A stretch of DNA of 64,000 bases. It comes from a virus. The notes under the pieces were generated by a model. That model was not told where the DNA came from and made no database searches. It saw only the letters and a list, made by a program, of their open reading frames with translations. The position numbers were made by a program, and so were the translations under genes. Each line of letters begins with the position of its first letter. The first letter of the stretch is position 1. Below, piece after piece: positions 1 to 9,988 of this stretch. Location of the stretch: positions 15,711-79,710 of IMG/VR virus record IMGVR_UViG_3300025137_003799; one strand, 5' to 3'.

Positions 1-931
1 TACTAAAATGAAGACTACGATTACTGTCATATTTATGATTTGTATCCTGTAAACTTTCTGGAAAGTTATAGAACTTTTCTGGATACCATAAGTTATTATA
101 CTGTATAAACTTAAAATCTCCTAGATAAAAATTGTCCTTTTCGAATCTAATTTCATTAAAGATACTTTTGTCTTTGAACATTCCCATCCTGTGTACACCA
201 TCTCTATAACTTAAATGTGGTAGCTCTAGTTTAAAGTCTGGATGTTTGATCTTCTGTAATTTGACACATGCCTTGTGAGCACCAGTGGCAAATGGGCTAA
301 AGTGATTATTTCCACTAACATCAACGCCTGACTTTGTTAGGGTGACATCACAATATTCAAGTTCAAATGTATCATGTCTAATTTGTGGAAACATATCACA
401 AAATTCTTCGGGTGTATCAACTTCAGTATAGGGTGCTGTCCAATGCCAGGGAGTCTGATCTAGTTCAGGATACCATATATAGAAACAACGTATAGTATCC
501 ATTGGTTGTAGGAATGAAATAATAAACTTCTTATCACTTCCTGGATGGCTCTGATATCCTCTACCACTTGTATATAATTGTATAGGTGCTTCCTGCCCGT
601 TAATTTTAATGTCTTTACTTAACCACAGTAATTTAAACAATTGATAACAGAGATAGATATCAGTATTACCTGTCCATTCTCTAGGCATACTTTTATTAAT
701 AAAATATTCTATTATAGACGGATCCATGTTACGAAATCTTTCTATCTTCTCAGACAATAAACGTATCATATCTCCATGTGTCTTACTTTTCGGATCGGCA
801 TCGAACAGTGAACGTAATTGTTTACCACTTGATTCAAATTTTACTACTTTTGCTCTACTAGTTCGATTGATCCAATCATAAAACTTATGTAGTGCCTCTA
901 AGTTTTTAGAGTTAATGCTTGACAAATACAT
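1..931 (-). CDS. hypothetical protein, 3'-partial (>=310 aa, MYLSSINSKNLEALHKFYDW...)
   Basis: Hand-translated: ATG at 931, frame stays open to the window edge; TATAAATA on the minus strand at 962-969; not in the supplied ORF track. Confidence 0.8.
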   Translation of the reverse strand, partial: MYLSSINSKNLEALHKFYDWINRTSRAKVVKFESSGKQLRSLFDADPKSKTHGDMIRLLSEKIERFRNMDPSIIEYFINKSMPREWTGNTDIYLCYQLFKLLWLSKDIKINGQEAPIQLYTSGRGYQSHPGSDKKFIISFLQPMDTIRCFYIWYPELDQTPWHWTAPYTEVDTPEEFCDMFPQIRHDTFELEYCDVTLTKSGVDVSGNNHFSPFATGAHKACVKLQKIKHPDFKLELPHLSYRDGVHRMGMFKDKSIFNEIRFEKDNFYLGDFKFIQYNNLWYPEKFYNFPESLQDTNHKYDSNRSLHFS

Positions 932-947
932 GGGAATCCTATATAAT
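919..947 (+). promoter_or_regulatory. sigma70-type promoter
   Basis: TTGACA(919-924)-N17-TATAAT(942-947), perfect consensus. Confidence 0.8.
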
Positions 948-953
948 AGATAG

Positions 954-969
954 TATAAATATATTTATA
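954..969. promoter_or_regulatory. back-to-back T4-type late promoters
   Basis: Perfect palindrome TATAAATATATTTATA, giving TATAAATA on both strands between divergent genes. Confidence 0.7.
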
Positions 970-989
970 TATCCCAAGGACACTCAAAT

Positions 990-1694
990 ATGCTAGACGT
1001 TTTTATGCTTACCTTTGGTGAGCCAGACGCAGATGCAAACTTCTCAACATTACAAGAAGTGGCGCCTCATGCACAACGCATTGATGGTATAGAAGGTTTG
1101 TTAAATGCACATAAAGCCTGTGCAGAAGCCTCCAAGACACAATATTTTTATGTATGTGATGCAGACTGTGTACTACAACCGAACTTTACATTTAAGTTTC
1201 AACCAGATCATAGAAAAGAAGCATACCCAGGTGTGCCGGAAACAGAATGTGTTTTTACATATCGTAGCCATAATCCTATTAATGATTTAATATATGGTTA
1301 TGGTGCTGTTAAGTTGTTCCCCAAAAAGAATCTATTACAAGTAGACGAATTTAAAGTTGATATGACTACGAGCATTGGTGCAAAGTTTAAGCCTATGTTT
1401 GAGATAAGTAATATTACACAGTTTAACACAGATCCTTTCAATAGTTGGAGAAGTGCCTTTCGTGAATGTACTAAGTTATCAAGTAATATTATAGATCATA
1501 ATAAACAAGTTGATGACGCATATAGATTAGAAGTATGGTGTACTCGTGGAGACAATCGTAAATACGGAGAGTATGCAGTATTAGGAGCACAACAAGGGCG
1601 TGACTTTGGAACACATTATAAAGGTAATACTGAAGCCCTAAGAAAAATAAACGATTGGAACTGGTTACAGGAGCAATTTAATGGAGCTATCTGA
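990..1694 (+). CDS. putative GT-A fold glycosyltransferase-like protein
   Basis: AHKACAE...YFYVCDADC (DxD after a hydrophobic strand), YGYGAVKLFP. Confidence 0.5.
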   Translation: MLDVFMLTFGEPDADANFSTLQEVAPHAQRIDGIEGLLNAHKACAEASKTQYFYVCDADCVLQPNFTFKFQPDHRKEAYPGVPETECVFTYRSHNPINDLIYGYGAVKLFPKKNLLQVDEFKVDMTTSIGAKFKPMFEISNITQFNTDPFNSWRSAFRECTKLSSNIIDHNKQVDDAYRLEVWCTRGDNRKYGEYAVLGAQQGRDFGTHYKGNTEALRKINDWNWLQEQFNGAI

Positions 1695-2655
1695 ATTTCA
1701 AAAAGAATACCATTGGATGTATGGACTAGGTGAATACTTTAATCACAAGGGTCCTGACTACGAAAAACGTTGGGATAATATACATAAAGCCCTATTTCAA
1801 AACAATTGGTATAGAAAAAGAGATATACTAATGGAACTTATTGCTATGGATAATAGCAATCCGACACATGTTAAGTCATGGATTAATTTACTTGCACATG
1901 AACATCTACCGGAAATTCAAATAAAGCCTCAATTAGTGGTAACATTAATGAGAAAACTTATGCATGAAGATCCAATGTTAGTTAGTATGGCTAGGTTTAT
2001 TAACCACTTTACTAGTGATGACGATACTCAGGCGGCTCATTTACCAGATCTAAATGACTTCCTAAGTAAAGGACAAGTACAAAGCAAACTGTGGATGGCT
2101 GATGCACTCAAAGATATATTTGATGAAGACGTGGGTAATGTAGTATTTTATGGTGGCTGGTATAACTTTTTTGCACACTTCCTATTCGAACACTTTAATG
2201 TCGATAACTGTTATAGTCTAGATCTGAATATGGAAACTGTTGAATCCAGTAAAAAGTTATATCAACATGAACATTCAAAAGGAAAGTTTCATCCTTACCA
2301 TGCAGATGTTACTAAAATTGCATGGAAGAATAATATGATGAACTTTAATGATTTAGCACCCAAAGAAGAAAAAGAAGATTACAAACAGTCAGACAAGTAT
2401 GACTTCAATGACATTCCTATTAACCTAGTTGTCAATACAAGTTGCGAACATATGGATGACAGTTGGTATGAGAACTTGCCAAAAGGTAAAGTAGTAGTGT
2501 TGCACACAAATGATTACTTTAGTAATCCACAACATATGAATTGTTGTGAAGATGTGGAGGCGGCTAAAGTAAAGTATCCTATGTCAGAGATATATTACGA
2601 AGGTAAACTAGATACACATTTATATAATAGGTTTATGCTAATCGGAAAGAAATAA
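1681..2655 (+). CDS. class I SAM-dependent methyltransferase-like protein
   Basis: VVFYGGWY motif I-like, SLDLN, ADVT, LVVNTSCEHM. Confidence 0.6.
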   Translation: MELSEFQKEYHWMYGLGEYFNHKGPDYEKRWDNIHKALFQNNWYRKRDILMELIAMDNSNPTHVKSWINLLAHEHLPEIQIKPQLVVTLMRKLMHEDPMLVSMARFINHFTSDDDTQAAHLPDLNDFLSKGQVQSKLWMADALKDIFDEDVGNVVFYGGWYNFFAHFLFEHFNVDNCYSLDLNMETVESSKKLYQHEHSKGKFHPYHADVTKIAWKNNMMNFNDLAPKEEKEDYKQSDKYDFNDIPINLVVNTSCEHMDDSWYENLPKGKVVVLHTNDYFSNPQHMNCCEDVEAAKVKYPMSEIYYEGKLDTHLYNRFMLIGKK

Positions 2656-2921
2656 TGGCCAAATGGTTTAGCTCAGACGAGTACTTAATTTATGAGACAA
2701 TGGATTTTACTAATATAAAAGAAGGACCTTTTGCTACATACGATGCAATTGCAAATATAGCCAGTCAGCTTTCACAGAATGGATTAAATAAGGGAGTAGA
2801 TTGGGAACTAACAGAAGTTGGCATTAATACAGATGCTCAACAGGAAATACAAATAGAGTTTAGACGAAGCGAAGATGCTATGCTAATTAAAATAAAAGGA
2901 CTAGAAAAAGTTCGTGGATGA
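2655..2921 (+). CDS. hypothetical protein
   Basis: ORF translationally coupled to both neighbours. Confidence 0.6.
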   Translation: MAKWFSSDEYLIYETMDFTNIKEGPFATYDAIANIASQLSQNGLNKGVDWELTEVGINTDAQQEIQIEFRRSEDAMLIKIKGLEKVRG

Positions 2922-3177
2922 AGAAGTTGAAATGACAATGCCTGAATTTGATGAGTACTTGGATACTCTAAAAGTTCGTGAGCTACAGAGGGAGGCGGCT
3001 AGAGCAATTAGTGTAATCCCTGCTGACAATGACAGCATCTATAAGTTTAACAAAGTTGCCTATCACAATAGTCACCTGTGGTATAAAGCAGTGATTAAAT
3101 ACTATGTAATGGAGTTTGGTGGAATGCCAAGTGAGATAGGTCCAGGCTCTGAAGTTGTATTTGTGGTAGATGACTAA
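2914..3177 (+). CDS. hypothetical protein
   Basis: ORF coupled to neighbours (TAATG overlap). Confidence 0.65.
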   Translation: MDEEVEMTMPEFDEYLDTLKVRELQREAARAISVIPADNDSIYKFNKVAYHNSHLWYKAVIKYYVMEFGGMPSEIGPGSEVVFVVDD

Positions 3178-4268
3178 TGTATAATTATGAAGATATAAGA
3201 GAAGTTCATTTGGAAGTTACACAACGTTGTAATGCGGCCTGTCCTATGTGTGATCGTAATGAGAATGGTGGTGCAGTTAACCAACACATTCGTGGCAATG
3301 AGAAAGAACTAAGGATTGAAGATATAAAGCAGATGTTCCCTCCTCATTTTATTGAACAACTAGGCACTATGTACATGTGTGGTAACTTGGGAGATCCTAT
3401 TAGTGCCAGAGATACATTGGAAATATTTAAGTATTTTAGAAAACATAATAGTCAAATGTGGTTAAGCATGAATACAAATGCAGGAGCCAAGAGTGCTGAG
3501 TGGTGGGGCGATGTAGCTAGAGCCATTGGTAGAATGGGTTGTGTTATTTTTAGTGTAGATGGACTTGAGAAAACTAATCATTTGTATAGACAGAATGTTA
3601 AGTGGGAATTCGTAGAACGTAATATGAAAGCCTTTATAGCCGCCGGTGGCAGAGCTAGATGGGATTATTTAATATTTGAACATTCAGAATGTGATGTAGA
3701 ACGTGCTGAACAACTTGCTAAAGAATGGGGTTGCGAACGTTTTATGAAGAAGAAAACTGGTAGATTCTTTAGTAGTGCTAAGAACAAAGGCAAAGAAACA
3801 CACCAAGCAGTGAATCGTAAAGGTGTACAAACAACTACACTAGCAAAGCCTAAGAAGAAAGAACATCTAAATAGAGCTATAGAAAAAGAAAAAGAGATAG
3901 AGAAAACATACGGAAGTATGATGGAATATTACAATAAGTGTGATATTGTATGTAAAGTAACTAAGAACAAAAGTATATTCGTGACAGCAGAAGGCTTAAT
4001 TATGCCGTGTTGTTGGACAGCCGGGCGTATGTATAAATGGTGGCAACCCGATCCTAAAGTAGAACAGGTATGGGACTTCATCGACAGAGCAGGCGGCAAA
4101 GAAGGAATCAGTGCTAAGATACATGGCATTGCAGGCGTTTTCGACAGTGGCATTATGCAAGACATTCAGCATAGTTGGAAACTAAATTCAATCAAAGAGG
4201 GCAAATTGGGTGTCTGCTCTCAAAAATGTGGGACAGAATTTGATCCATTTGCTGAACAGTTTAAATAA
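3177..4268 (+). CDS. radical SAM protein with C-terminal SPASM/twitch-like domain
   Basis: CNAACPMC; GNLGDP; NTN; FSVDG; C-terminal C...PCC...CSQKC. Confidence 0.9.
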   Translation: MYNYEDIREVHLEVTQRCNAACPMCDRNENGGAVNQHIRGNEKELRIEDIKQMFPPHFIEQLGTMYMCGNLGDPISARDTLEIFKYFRKHNSQMWLSMNTNAGAKSAEWWGDVARAIGRMGCVIFSVDGLEKTNHLYRQNVKWEFVERNMKAFIAAGGRARWDYLIFEHSECDVERAEQLAKEWGCERFMKKKTGRFFSSAKNKGKETHQAVNRKGVQTTTLAKPKKKEHLNRAIEKEKEIEKTYGSMMEYYNKCDIVCKVTKNKSIFVTAEGLIMPCCWTAGRMYKWWQPDPKVEQVWDFIDRAGGKEGISAKIHGIAGVFDSGIMQDIQHSWKLNSIKEGKLGVCSQKCGTEFDPFAEQFK

Positions 4269-4303
4269 AAGTGCATTTTTATTGCCTTTTAAGCAGATAA
4301 TGG

Positions 4304-4332
4304 TTGACAAAGTCTAAATAACATCATATACT
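4304..4332 (+). promoter_or_regulatory. sigma70-type promoter with TAAATA in spacer
   Basis: TTGACA-N17-TATACT; spacer contains TAAATA. Confidence 0.75.
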
Positions 4333-4366
4333 AAAACATAATACAAATTTAAAGGAGAACTCTAAC

Positions 4367-5119
4367 ATGAGTGCAACTAAAGACGTTATTCAAGATATCG
4401 TTAAAATGACAGCCGGTCTTGGCTTCATTAACGCAGTAAAAGTAACAGGTAATGATACCGAAACTACACTAGACGCTATGGATACAGAAAGAACTGTTAT
4501 CCTTAAGGCAAAACTACATAATACACTTCCTGAGTTTGCAGGTGAGTTTGGATTAGGTAACTTGGGCTTTTTATCCGGTGTTAGTGCATTGCCTAACTAC
4601 AAGGAAGATAGTGCAACTATTGACGTTGTAAGTAGAGAACGTAATGGTGTAAGTTCACCAGATCATCTAATGTTTAAGGACGCAGAAGGAAATACTGACC
4701 AGTATAGATTTATGTCCAAAGAGATTATTGATCAGAACTTACAAACTGTTAAGTTTAAAGGTACAGAGTGGGACGTTACTTTCGAACCTACTAAGGCAAA
4801 GGTAGCTGAACTACAAGCAGTAGCAGGTATCTATGGTGGTATTGAGCCTAACTTTACAGTTAAAACTCTAGATGGTAATCTAGAAATTACTGTTGGCGCC
4901 GCTGATGGTTCGTTTACAGGTAAACGTACATTCGCACAAAATGTAGATGGTGAACTTAACGAAGGTTATGCATGGCCACTTAATCAGGTACTAGCAATTC
5001 TAAAACTTGGAATGACAGGTACATGTGTATTCCAAATTAGTAAACGTGGTGCATTGCAAATTAGTATTGATACTGGCATTGGCAAGTATGACTATATCCT
5101 TCCAGCTCTAACGGTGTAA
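4367..5119 (+). CDS. DNA polymerase sliding clamp (T4 gp45-like)
   Basis: 250 aa, two-domain clamp-like pattern (EFGLGNL, ISKRGALQI..YDYILPA); strong RBS AAGGAG. Confidence 0.65.
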   Translation: MSATKDVIQDIVKMTAGLGFINAVKVTGNDTETTLDAMDTERTVILKAKLHNTLPEFAGEFGLGNLGFLSGVSALPNYKEDSATIDVVSRERNGVSSPDHLMFKDAEGNTDQYRFMSKEIIDQNLQTVKFKGTEWDVTFEPTKAKVAELQAVAGIYGGIEPNFTVKTLDGNLEITVGAADGSFTGKRTFAQNVDGELNEGYAWPLNQVLAILKLGMTGTCVFQISKRGALQISIDTGIGKYDYILPALTV

Positions 5120-5122
5120 TTA

Positions 5123-6625
5123 ATGGCTAATAAAATTAACTTAACAGAACGTAATAAAGACTATTCAATATTCTTACCGAGTATTAGTAGTTTTTATGAT
5201 CGTACTTTAAGTAGGTACAGACAGGATGGAGATAACTTCTTTCCTCCTGAACGTATTCCTGAAGGCTTTGAAAATGGTTTAGAAGGATGTGATTTCCTAA
5301 AAACTGATGCATACTACCAGTATAAATGGGGATTGTATTCGGCAGGTCATGCTCAACTGGATCTTAAAAAAGCTAATGATCATGATAGTATGGTACAGAA
5401 ACGTGAAAGAGATAAAACTTTTATCCTAGGCGATTCAGGTGGGTTTCAGATTATTAAAGGTGTTATCCAATGTGATTGGGATAACTTTAAAACAGATGAT
5501 AGCCTACGTCATACTATTTTAAACTGGTTGGAACATACGGCAGACTATAGTATGATACTTGATATTCCTACTATGGCGGCTAGTGAACCTTATAAACAAA
5601 AGACAGGTATACAAAACTTCGGTGAGTGTTTAGATTATACACTTCATAACTGTAATTGGTTTGTAAAGAACAGACAGGGTAAAACAAAATATCTAAATGT
5701 TCTACAAGGTCGTAACAAGAATGAAGCTGATACATGGATTGATGCAGTAAAGCATTTACCTTTTGAAGGTTATGCATTTGGTGGTGCTACTAAGTATGAT
5801 CTCAATATTATGTTACATCACTTACTAAAGTTGAGAGATGAAAAGAAACTAGATCAAGGCGTATGTGATGTATTACACTTCCTAGGTACAAGTAAACTAG
5901 ACTGGGCGGTAGCACTAACGGCAGTACAAAGAGCATTAAGAGAAACAGTTAATCCTGATATACAAGTTATGTTTGACTGTGCAAGTCCATTTATTGCGAC
6001 AGCAAAAGGACAAATGTACACACAACACGTTCATAAAAATGATCGATTTGGTTATGTAATGGATAGTGCAACAGATGATAAACGTCTAGCAGGAAGTAAT
6101 ATACAGTTTCCATGGTCAAGTCCTGTAGGTGATAGACTTAAAATGAAAGACATATGTTGGTATAAGCCAGGTATGTTAAACAAAATTGGTAAAGAAGGCA
6201 AAACAAGTTGGGATAGTTTAACTTATTTCTTATTGATGTCGCACAACGTTTACCAACACATTGAATCAGTACAAAGAGCTAACGAATTAACTGATGCTGC
6301 CAACATGATAAATACAGTTAACCACAAGCATTGGCGTAAATTAAAGAGTGCTAGTAAAGAAGAACAATTCTCACCATGGGTGCCTAGAAACATTCTGTAT
6401 ATTACACAGTTTATTGATCAATTATTTAAAAGTGAAACTCCTTATCAGATGTTACAAGAAGCGGCTCCAATGTTAGCAGACTTTAATGGTAAGAAGAGTT
6501 TGGCATCAAGTGCCGATAGTTTCAGCAGTTTGTTTGAAACAGAAGAAGTGCAAAGTGATGTGATTGGTGAATTCAGTACAGAGCAAGAAGACGAAGCAGA
6601 GGAGTTTCTGCAAGAAGTTTCATAG
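5123..6625 (+). CDS. dpdA: TGT-fold DNA 7-deazaguanine transglycosylase (DpdA-like)
   Basis: TGT motifs GDSGGFQ, LDIP, VLQG, AFGG, HFLG, FDCASP, HN; clustered with queD-like, folE and queE. Confidence 0.8.
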   Translation: MANKINLTERNKDYSIFLPSISSFYDRTLSRYRQDGDNFFPPERIPEGFENGLEGCDFLKTDAYYQYKWGLYSAGHAQLDLKKANDHDSMVQKRERDKTFILGDSGGFQIIKGVIQCDWDNFKTDDSLRHTILNWLEHTADYSMILDIPTMAASEPYKQKTGIQNFGECLDYTLHNCNWFVKNRQGKTKYLNVLQGRNKNEADTWIDAVKHLPFEGYAFGGATKYDLNIMLHHLLKLRDEKKLDQGVCDVLHFLGTSKLDWAVALTAVQRALRETVNPDIQVMFDCASPFIATAKGQMYTQHVHKNDRFGYVMDSATDDKRLAGSNIQFPWSSPVGDRLKMKDICWYKPGMLNKIGKEGKTSWDSLTYFLLMSHNVYQHIESVQRANELTDAANMINTVNHKHWRKLKSASKEEQFSPWVPRNILYITQFIDQLFKSETPYQMLQEAAPMLADFNGKKSLASSADSFSSLFETEEVQSDVIGEFSTEQEDEAEEFLQEVS

Positions 6626-6634
6626 GAGGAACAT

Positions 6635-6826
6635 ATGTCAATAGATAGTTTAAAAAACCATTTGAAGGCAATAGAAACCAAACACCGTAACATTGATACG
6701 ATTGTTAATGAAATGACTAAGGCTTTAACATGTGATGACCGCAAGTTAAAGAAACTAAAAACAGAAAAACTTAACTTAAAACAACAGATGATAAGGATCT
6801 CAAATGAGATACAACAAACTACTTGA
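6635..6826 (+). CDS. small coiled-coil protein (DUF465/YdcH-like)
   Basis: KHRNID...LKKLKTEKLNLK pattern; RBS AGGAGG. Confidence 0.6.
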   Translation: MSIDSLKNHLKAIETKHRNIDTIVNEMTKALTCDDRKLKKLKTEKLNLKQQMIRISNEIQQTT

Positions 6827-6851
6827 CAACAGTATTGTTTGTTGCTATACT
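6823..6851 (+). promoter_or_regulatory. sigma70-type promoter
   Basis: TTGACA-N17-TATACT. Confidence 0.75.
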
Positions 6852-6874
6852 AACAAATGTAGAAGGAGAATAAC

Positions 6875-7054
6875 ATGGCTACAAAAAAGATCAGACTAAC
6901 AGATGTAGACGCAGAAACAGAGGTTCCTGCAGTTACTTCAGCACCAGTAGAACTTGATAGTGCTTTCTGGCAGAAATATGCCGAGGCAATTGATTGGAAA
7001 CTTTGGGAAATTTTAAAACTACTTAGAGCACAAGCAGAAAAAGATAAGGAATAG
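6875..7054 (+). CDS. hypothetical 59-aa protein (MATKKIRLTDVDAE...IDWKLWEILK...)
   Basis: Hand-translated; RBS AAGGAG; fills the gap after the promoter. Confidence 0.75.
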   Translation: MATKKIRLTDVDAETEVPAVTSAPVELDSAFWQKYAEAIDWKLWEILKLLRAQAEKDKE

Positions 7055-7056
7055 TA

Positions 7057-7455
7057 ATGACTATTGAAATATCACAACGTCAGATTTGGGTAACATTTCA
7101 GAAAGAGGGTATACACTTATACCCTGCCGCAATTAATGATCCAGCACTGGCAACCGGTGGAGCCGATGATGTAAGTTTTCTAGGATATGCACACAGACAT
7201 ATCTTCCACTTTAGAGTAGCTATTGATGTCTTCCATGACGACAGGGATATTGAATTTATTCAGTTCAAACGTTGGCTGGAAAGTTTATATTCAGATGGCA
7301 CAATTGAACTTAACCATAAGTCATGTGAAATGATTGCAGAAGAATTAGCACAACAGATTCACACAAAATATCCTAACCGTTCTATTACAATTACTGTTGC
7401 TGAGGATAACGAGAACGGAGCAACACTAACCTTTAATCCCACAGAGGAAAAATAA
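7057..7455 (+). CDS. QueD-like T-fold protein (6-carboxytetrahydropterin synthase family)
   Basis: EGIHLYP, HRHIFHF, SCEMIA, VAEDNENG; context with folE, queE and dpdA. Confidence 0.75.
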   Translation: MTIEISQRQIWVTFQKEGIHLYPAAINDPALATGGADDVSFLGYAHRHIFHFRVAIDVFHDDRDIEFIQFKRWLESLYSDGTIELNHKSCEMIAEELAQQIHTKYPNRSITITVAEDNENGATLTFNPTEEK

Positions 7456-7456
7456 A

Positions 7457-7768
7457 ATGTCAAATGTATTCATTGGCGGAATTTATACACTAAGAGATAT
7501 TAAGTATGATCTACTTAAAATCATCGAGCCATATGATGGTGAAATGTATAATGAGAAGGAAACAGAAACAGTTACTAAATTGTTTACTGCCTTCTTAAGT
7601 GACTTGCAAAAAGCATACAAGTTACGAGAATTCCAAATAGAAGTAACTGATAAAACAAATGCAGTTACTTTTGATCTAACTATTAGGATTCATAGAGATC
7701 GTAGTCCTAAGAAGTTAAAGATACATGTGGGTCGTATGGTACACTTTAGAGATAGAGTGGCCGCATGA
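7457..7768 (+). CDS. hypothetical protein
   Basis: ORF within the deazaguanine operon, RBS GAGG. Confidence 0.65.
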   Translation: MSNVFIGGIYTLRDIKYDLLKIIEPYDGEMYNEKETETVTKLFTAFLSDLQKAYKLREFQIEVTDKTNAVTFDLTIRIHRDRSPKKLKIHVGRMVHFRDRVAA

Positions 7769-8811
7769 CAATCTACATTGTAGATATTGAGGCTGTGGAG
7801 AGTCGCTATACCGCTCAGTGGAAAAAGTTTCTGCCAGAGCAAATGAAAGCACACTTGGATACAACGGAAGTTGTAGTTATAAGTGGTGGTGAAGTTCCTC
7901 AGGCTACAACGCCTGGGGCTTTTCTTAACTTTGGAGGTACAAATGTATACAAAAGTAGCCAACTTATGCAGATCGCTACTATGGTTTGTAACGGAGATAT
8001 TAAAACTGGCGATTACTTTCTCTATACTGATGCTTGGAATCCTACTGTTATCCAACTCCGCTACATGGCTAGGCTTCTTGGGCTTGATATCCGCATTGGT
8101 GGCCTGTGGCATGCTGGTAGCTACGATCCTCAGGATTTTCTCGGTAGACTTATAGGAGATGAAGACTGGGTACGGAATGCAGAAGCAAGTATGTTTGACT
8201 GCTATGACGACAATTACTTTGCAACACAATTCCATGTAGACTTATTTAGAAAAAGTTTCCATGATGTAGATGAAGACAAAGTACAGATTGTTGGCTGGCC
8301 AATGGAATATTTAAAAGATGAAATTACGCCATTTGGTGGCAAGGATAAGTTTGATATGATCCTATTTCCACACAGAGTGGCACCGGAAAAACAAGTGGAT
8401 ATATTTAAAGATCTAGCACTACATATGCCTGACTATAGATTTGTAGTAGCACAAGAGTTTCCATTATCAAAAGAAGAATACCATAATTTACTAGCAACAA
8501 GTAGAATGGTTTTTAGTGCTAACCTACAGGAGACATTAGGAATTAGCTGGTACGAAGGTGCTTTAGTTGATACAATTCCATTTGTGCCTGATAGGCTTAG
8601 TTATAGCGAAATGGCTACACCAGAAGTATTATATCCAAGTGAATGGACAGAAGACTGGGATAGTTATATTGCGAACAGAGATAAGTTAATCGAACGTATG
8701 AGAGAAGTACTCGATTATCCAAACACACCTGAAGTCTGCAAAAACGTAGTTGATAAACTACAGGACTTCTTTAATGGAAAACAACTATACAATACAATAA
8801 AAGGAACATAG
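7765..8811 (+). CDS. GT-B (family 4-like) glycosyltransferase
   Basis: ILFPHRVAPEKQ and ETLGISWYEG (ExxG..xxE) signature. Confidence 0.75.
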   Translation: MTIYIVDIEAVESRYTAQWKKFLPEQMKAHLDTTEVVVISGGEVPQATTPGAFLNFGGTNVYKSSQLMQIATMVCNGDIKTGDYFLYTDAWNPTVIQLRYMARLLGLDIRIGGLWHAGSYDPQDFLGRLIGDEDWVRNAEASMFDCYDDNYFATQFHVDLFRKSFHDVDEDKVQIVGWPMEYLKDEITPFGGKDKFDMILFPHRVAPEKQVDIFKDLALHMPDYRFVVAQEFPLSKEEYHNLLATSRMVFSANLQETLGISWYEGALVDTIPFVPDRLSYSEMATPEVLYPSEWTEDWDSYIANRDKLIERMREVLDYPNTPEVCKNVVDKLQDFFNGKQLYNTIKGT

Positions 8812-8815
8812 TATA

Positions 8816-9508
8816 ATGACAAAGACTTCCGATAAAATTAAACAAAGACTTGAAGATAACAACGTTAGGTATTGGGCTAACGACAACATTGCTGATTACA
8901 TCGAAGAAGGTGAGAAACAAGCATTGATTGATGAGGCAGTACCTGCCTTTGAAAACGTATTACAAAGTTTACTTATTGATACAAAAACAGATCCTAACAG
9001 TATGGATACTGCAAGGCGTATGGCAAAAATGTATATCAATGAGATTATGTCTGGTAGATATGAGCAAATGCCTAACCCTAGTAGTTTTCCTAACTACATT
9101 GAAGGTGGCTATGAAGGTATGTTGGTAGTGAGAAGTGAGCTTACAAGTTTATGTTCGCATCATCATCAGACAGTAAAAGGCGTAGCATACATTGGTATTA
9201 TTGCAGGACCTAAACTATTGGGACTTAGTAAGTATTCAAGAATTGCACAATGGTGTGCAATGCGAGGCACACTACAAGAAGATCTAAATGTTATGATTGC
9301 CAATGAAATTCAGAAAGAAACTGGAACAGAACACGTTGGTGTTTATATCCAAGCAACACATGGTTGTTGTGAAAATAGAGGAATTAGAGCTCATAGTAGT
9401 TTAACACAAACAACAGTTCTACGTGGAGCATTTAAGGATGATCCATCAGTAAAGAAAGAATTTACTGACAATGTGAAACTACAACAAGAGTTTGCACAGA
9501 AAAATTAA
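8816..9508 (+). CDS. folE: GTP cyclohydrolase I
   Basis: SLCSHH, GLSKYSRI, LQE, HGCCENRG. Confidence 0.95.
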   Translation: MTKTSDKIKQRLEDNNVRYWANDNIADYIEEGEKQALIDEAVPAFENVLQSLLIDTKTDPNSMDTARRMAKMYINEIMSGRYEQMPNPSSFPNYIEGGYEGMLVVRSELTSLCSHHHQTVKGVAYIGIIAGPKLLGLSKYSRIAQWCAMRGTLQEDLNVMIANEIQKETGTEHVGVYIQATHGCCENRGIRAHSSLTQTTVLRGAFKDDPSVKKEFTDNVKLQQEFAQKN

Positions 9509-9520
9509 AGGAGGAACAAT

Positions 9521-9712
9521 ATGTTCTCAAGTATTAAAAATATGTTCAAGACAATTTTTGGCGGCAATGCTGAAACTGTGGAAAGCATAGACAAAGTAGA
9601 CAATCCAAATATGACTACACCTGTAGTTATTAAAGCCCCCAAGAAGCCTGCTCCCAAAAAGAAGGCGGCTCCTAAGAAAAAATCGACTGCTAAGAAAAAA
9701 GCAAAGTCGTAG
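9521..9712 (+). CDS. small protein with Lys/Ala/Pro-rich tail
   Basis: KAPKKPAPKKKAAPKKK; RBS AAGGAGG. Confidence 0.7.
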   Translation: MFSSIKNMFKTIFGGNAETVESIDKVDNPNMTTPVVIKAPKKPAPKKKAAPKKKSTAKKKAKS

Positions 9713-9723
9713 ATTTCCCCCCT

Positions 9724-9758
9724 GGTGAAGCCAGGGTAACAACTGGCTTCACCCTTTT
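9724..9758 (+). terminator. intrinsic terminator
   Basis: GGTGAAGCCAG/CTGGCTTCACC 11-bp stem followed by CTTTT. Confidence 0.7.
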
Positions 9759-9772
9759 AATTGGAGAAGAAT

Positions 9773-9988
9773 ATGAAAGACCCTGTTATACAAGATTTAG
9801 TAGACGAATTCTATCTAAACGTAGCTCAACTTAATAAGACTTGGGCTAAGTTAACAAGCAAAGGTGTATGGATTAATACACAAGTGGAAGGTGAACACAC
9901 TTTTGGTTCGCTAAAAGAGATTACTGTCTTAAAGGTAGAAGAGACAGTTGATTACTCAAAAACAAGGAAAACTAAAAATGGTAAATAA
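9773..9988 (+). CDS. hypothetical protein
   Basis: ATG after GGAGA. Confidence 0.6.
   Translation: MKDPVIQDLVDEFYLNVAQLNKTWAKLTSKGVWINTQVEGEHTFGSLKEITVLKVEETVDYSKTRKTKNGK

Noticed and set aside
5123-6625. Calling the TGT-fold gene a tRNA-guanine transglycosylase (tgt)
   Set aside because: It lacks the CxCxxC zinc motif of bacterial Tgt, is longer, and sits next to the clamp and deazaguanine synthesis genes; a DNA-acting DpdA is more plausible, though not proven
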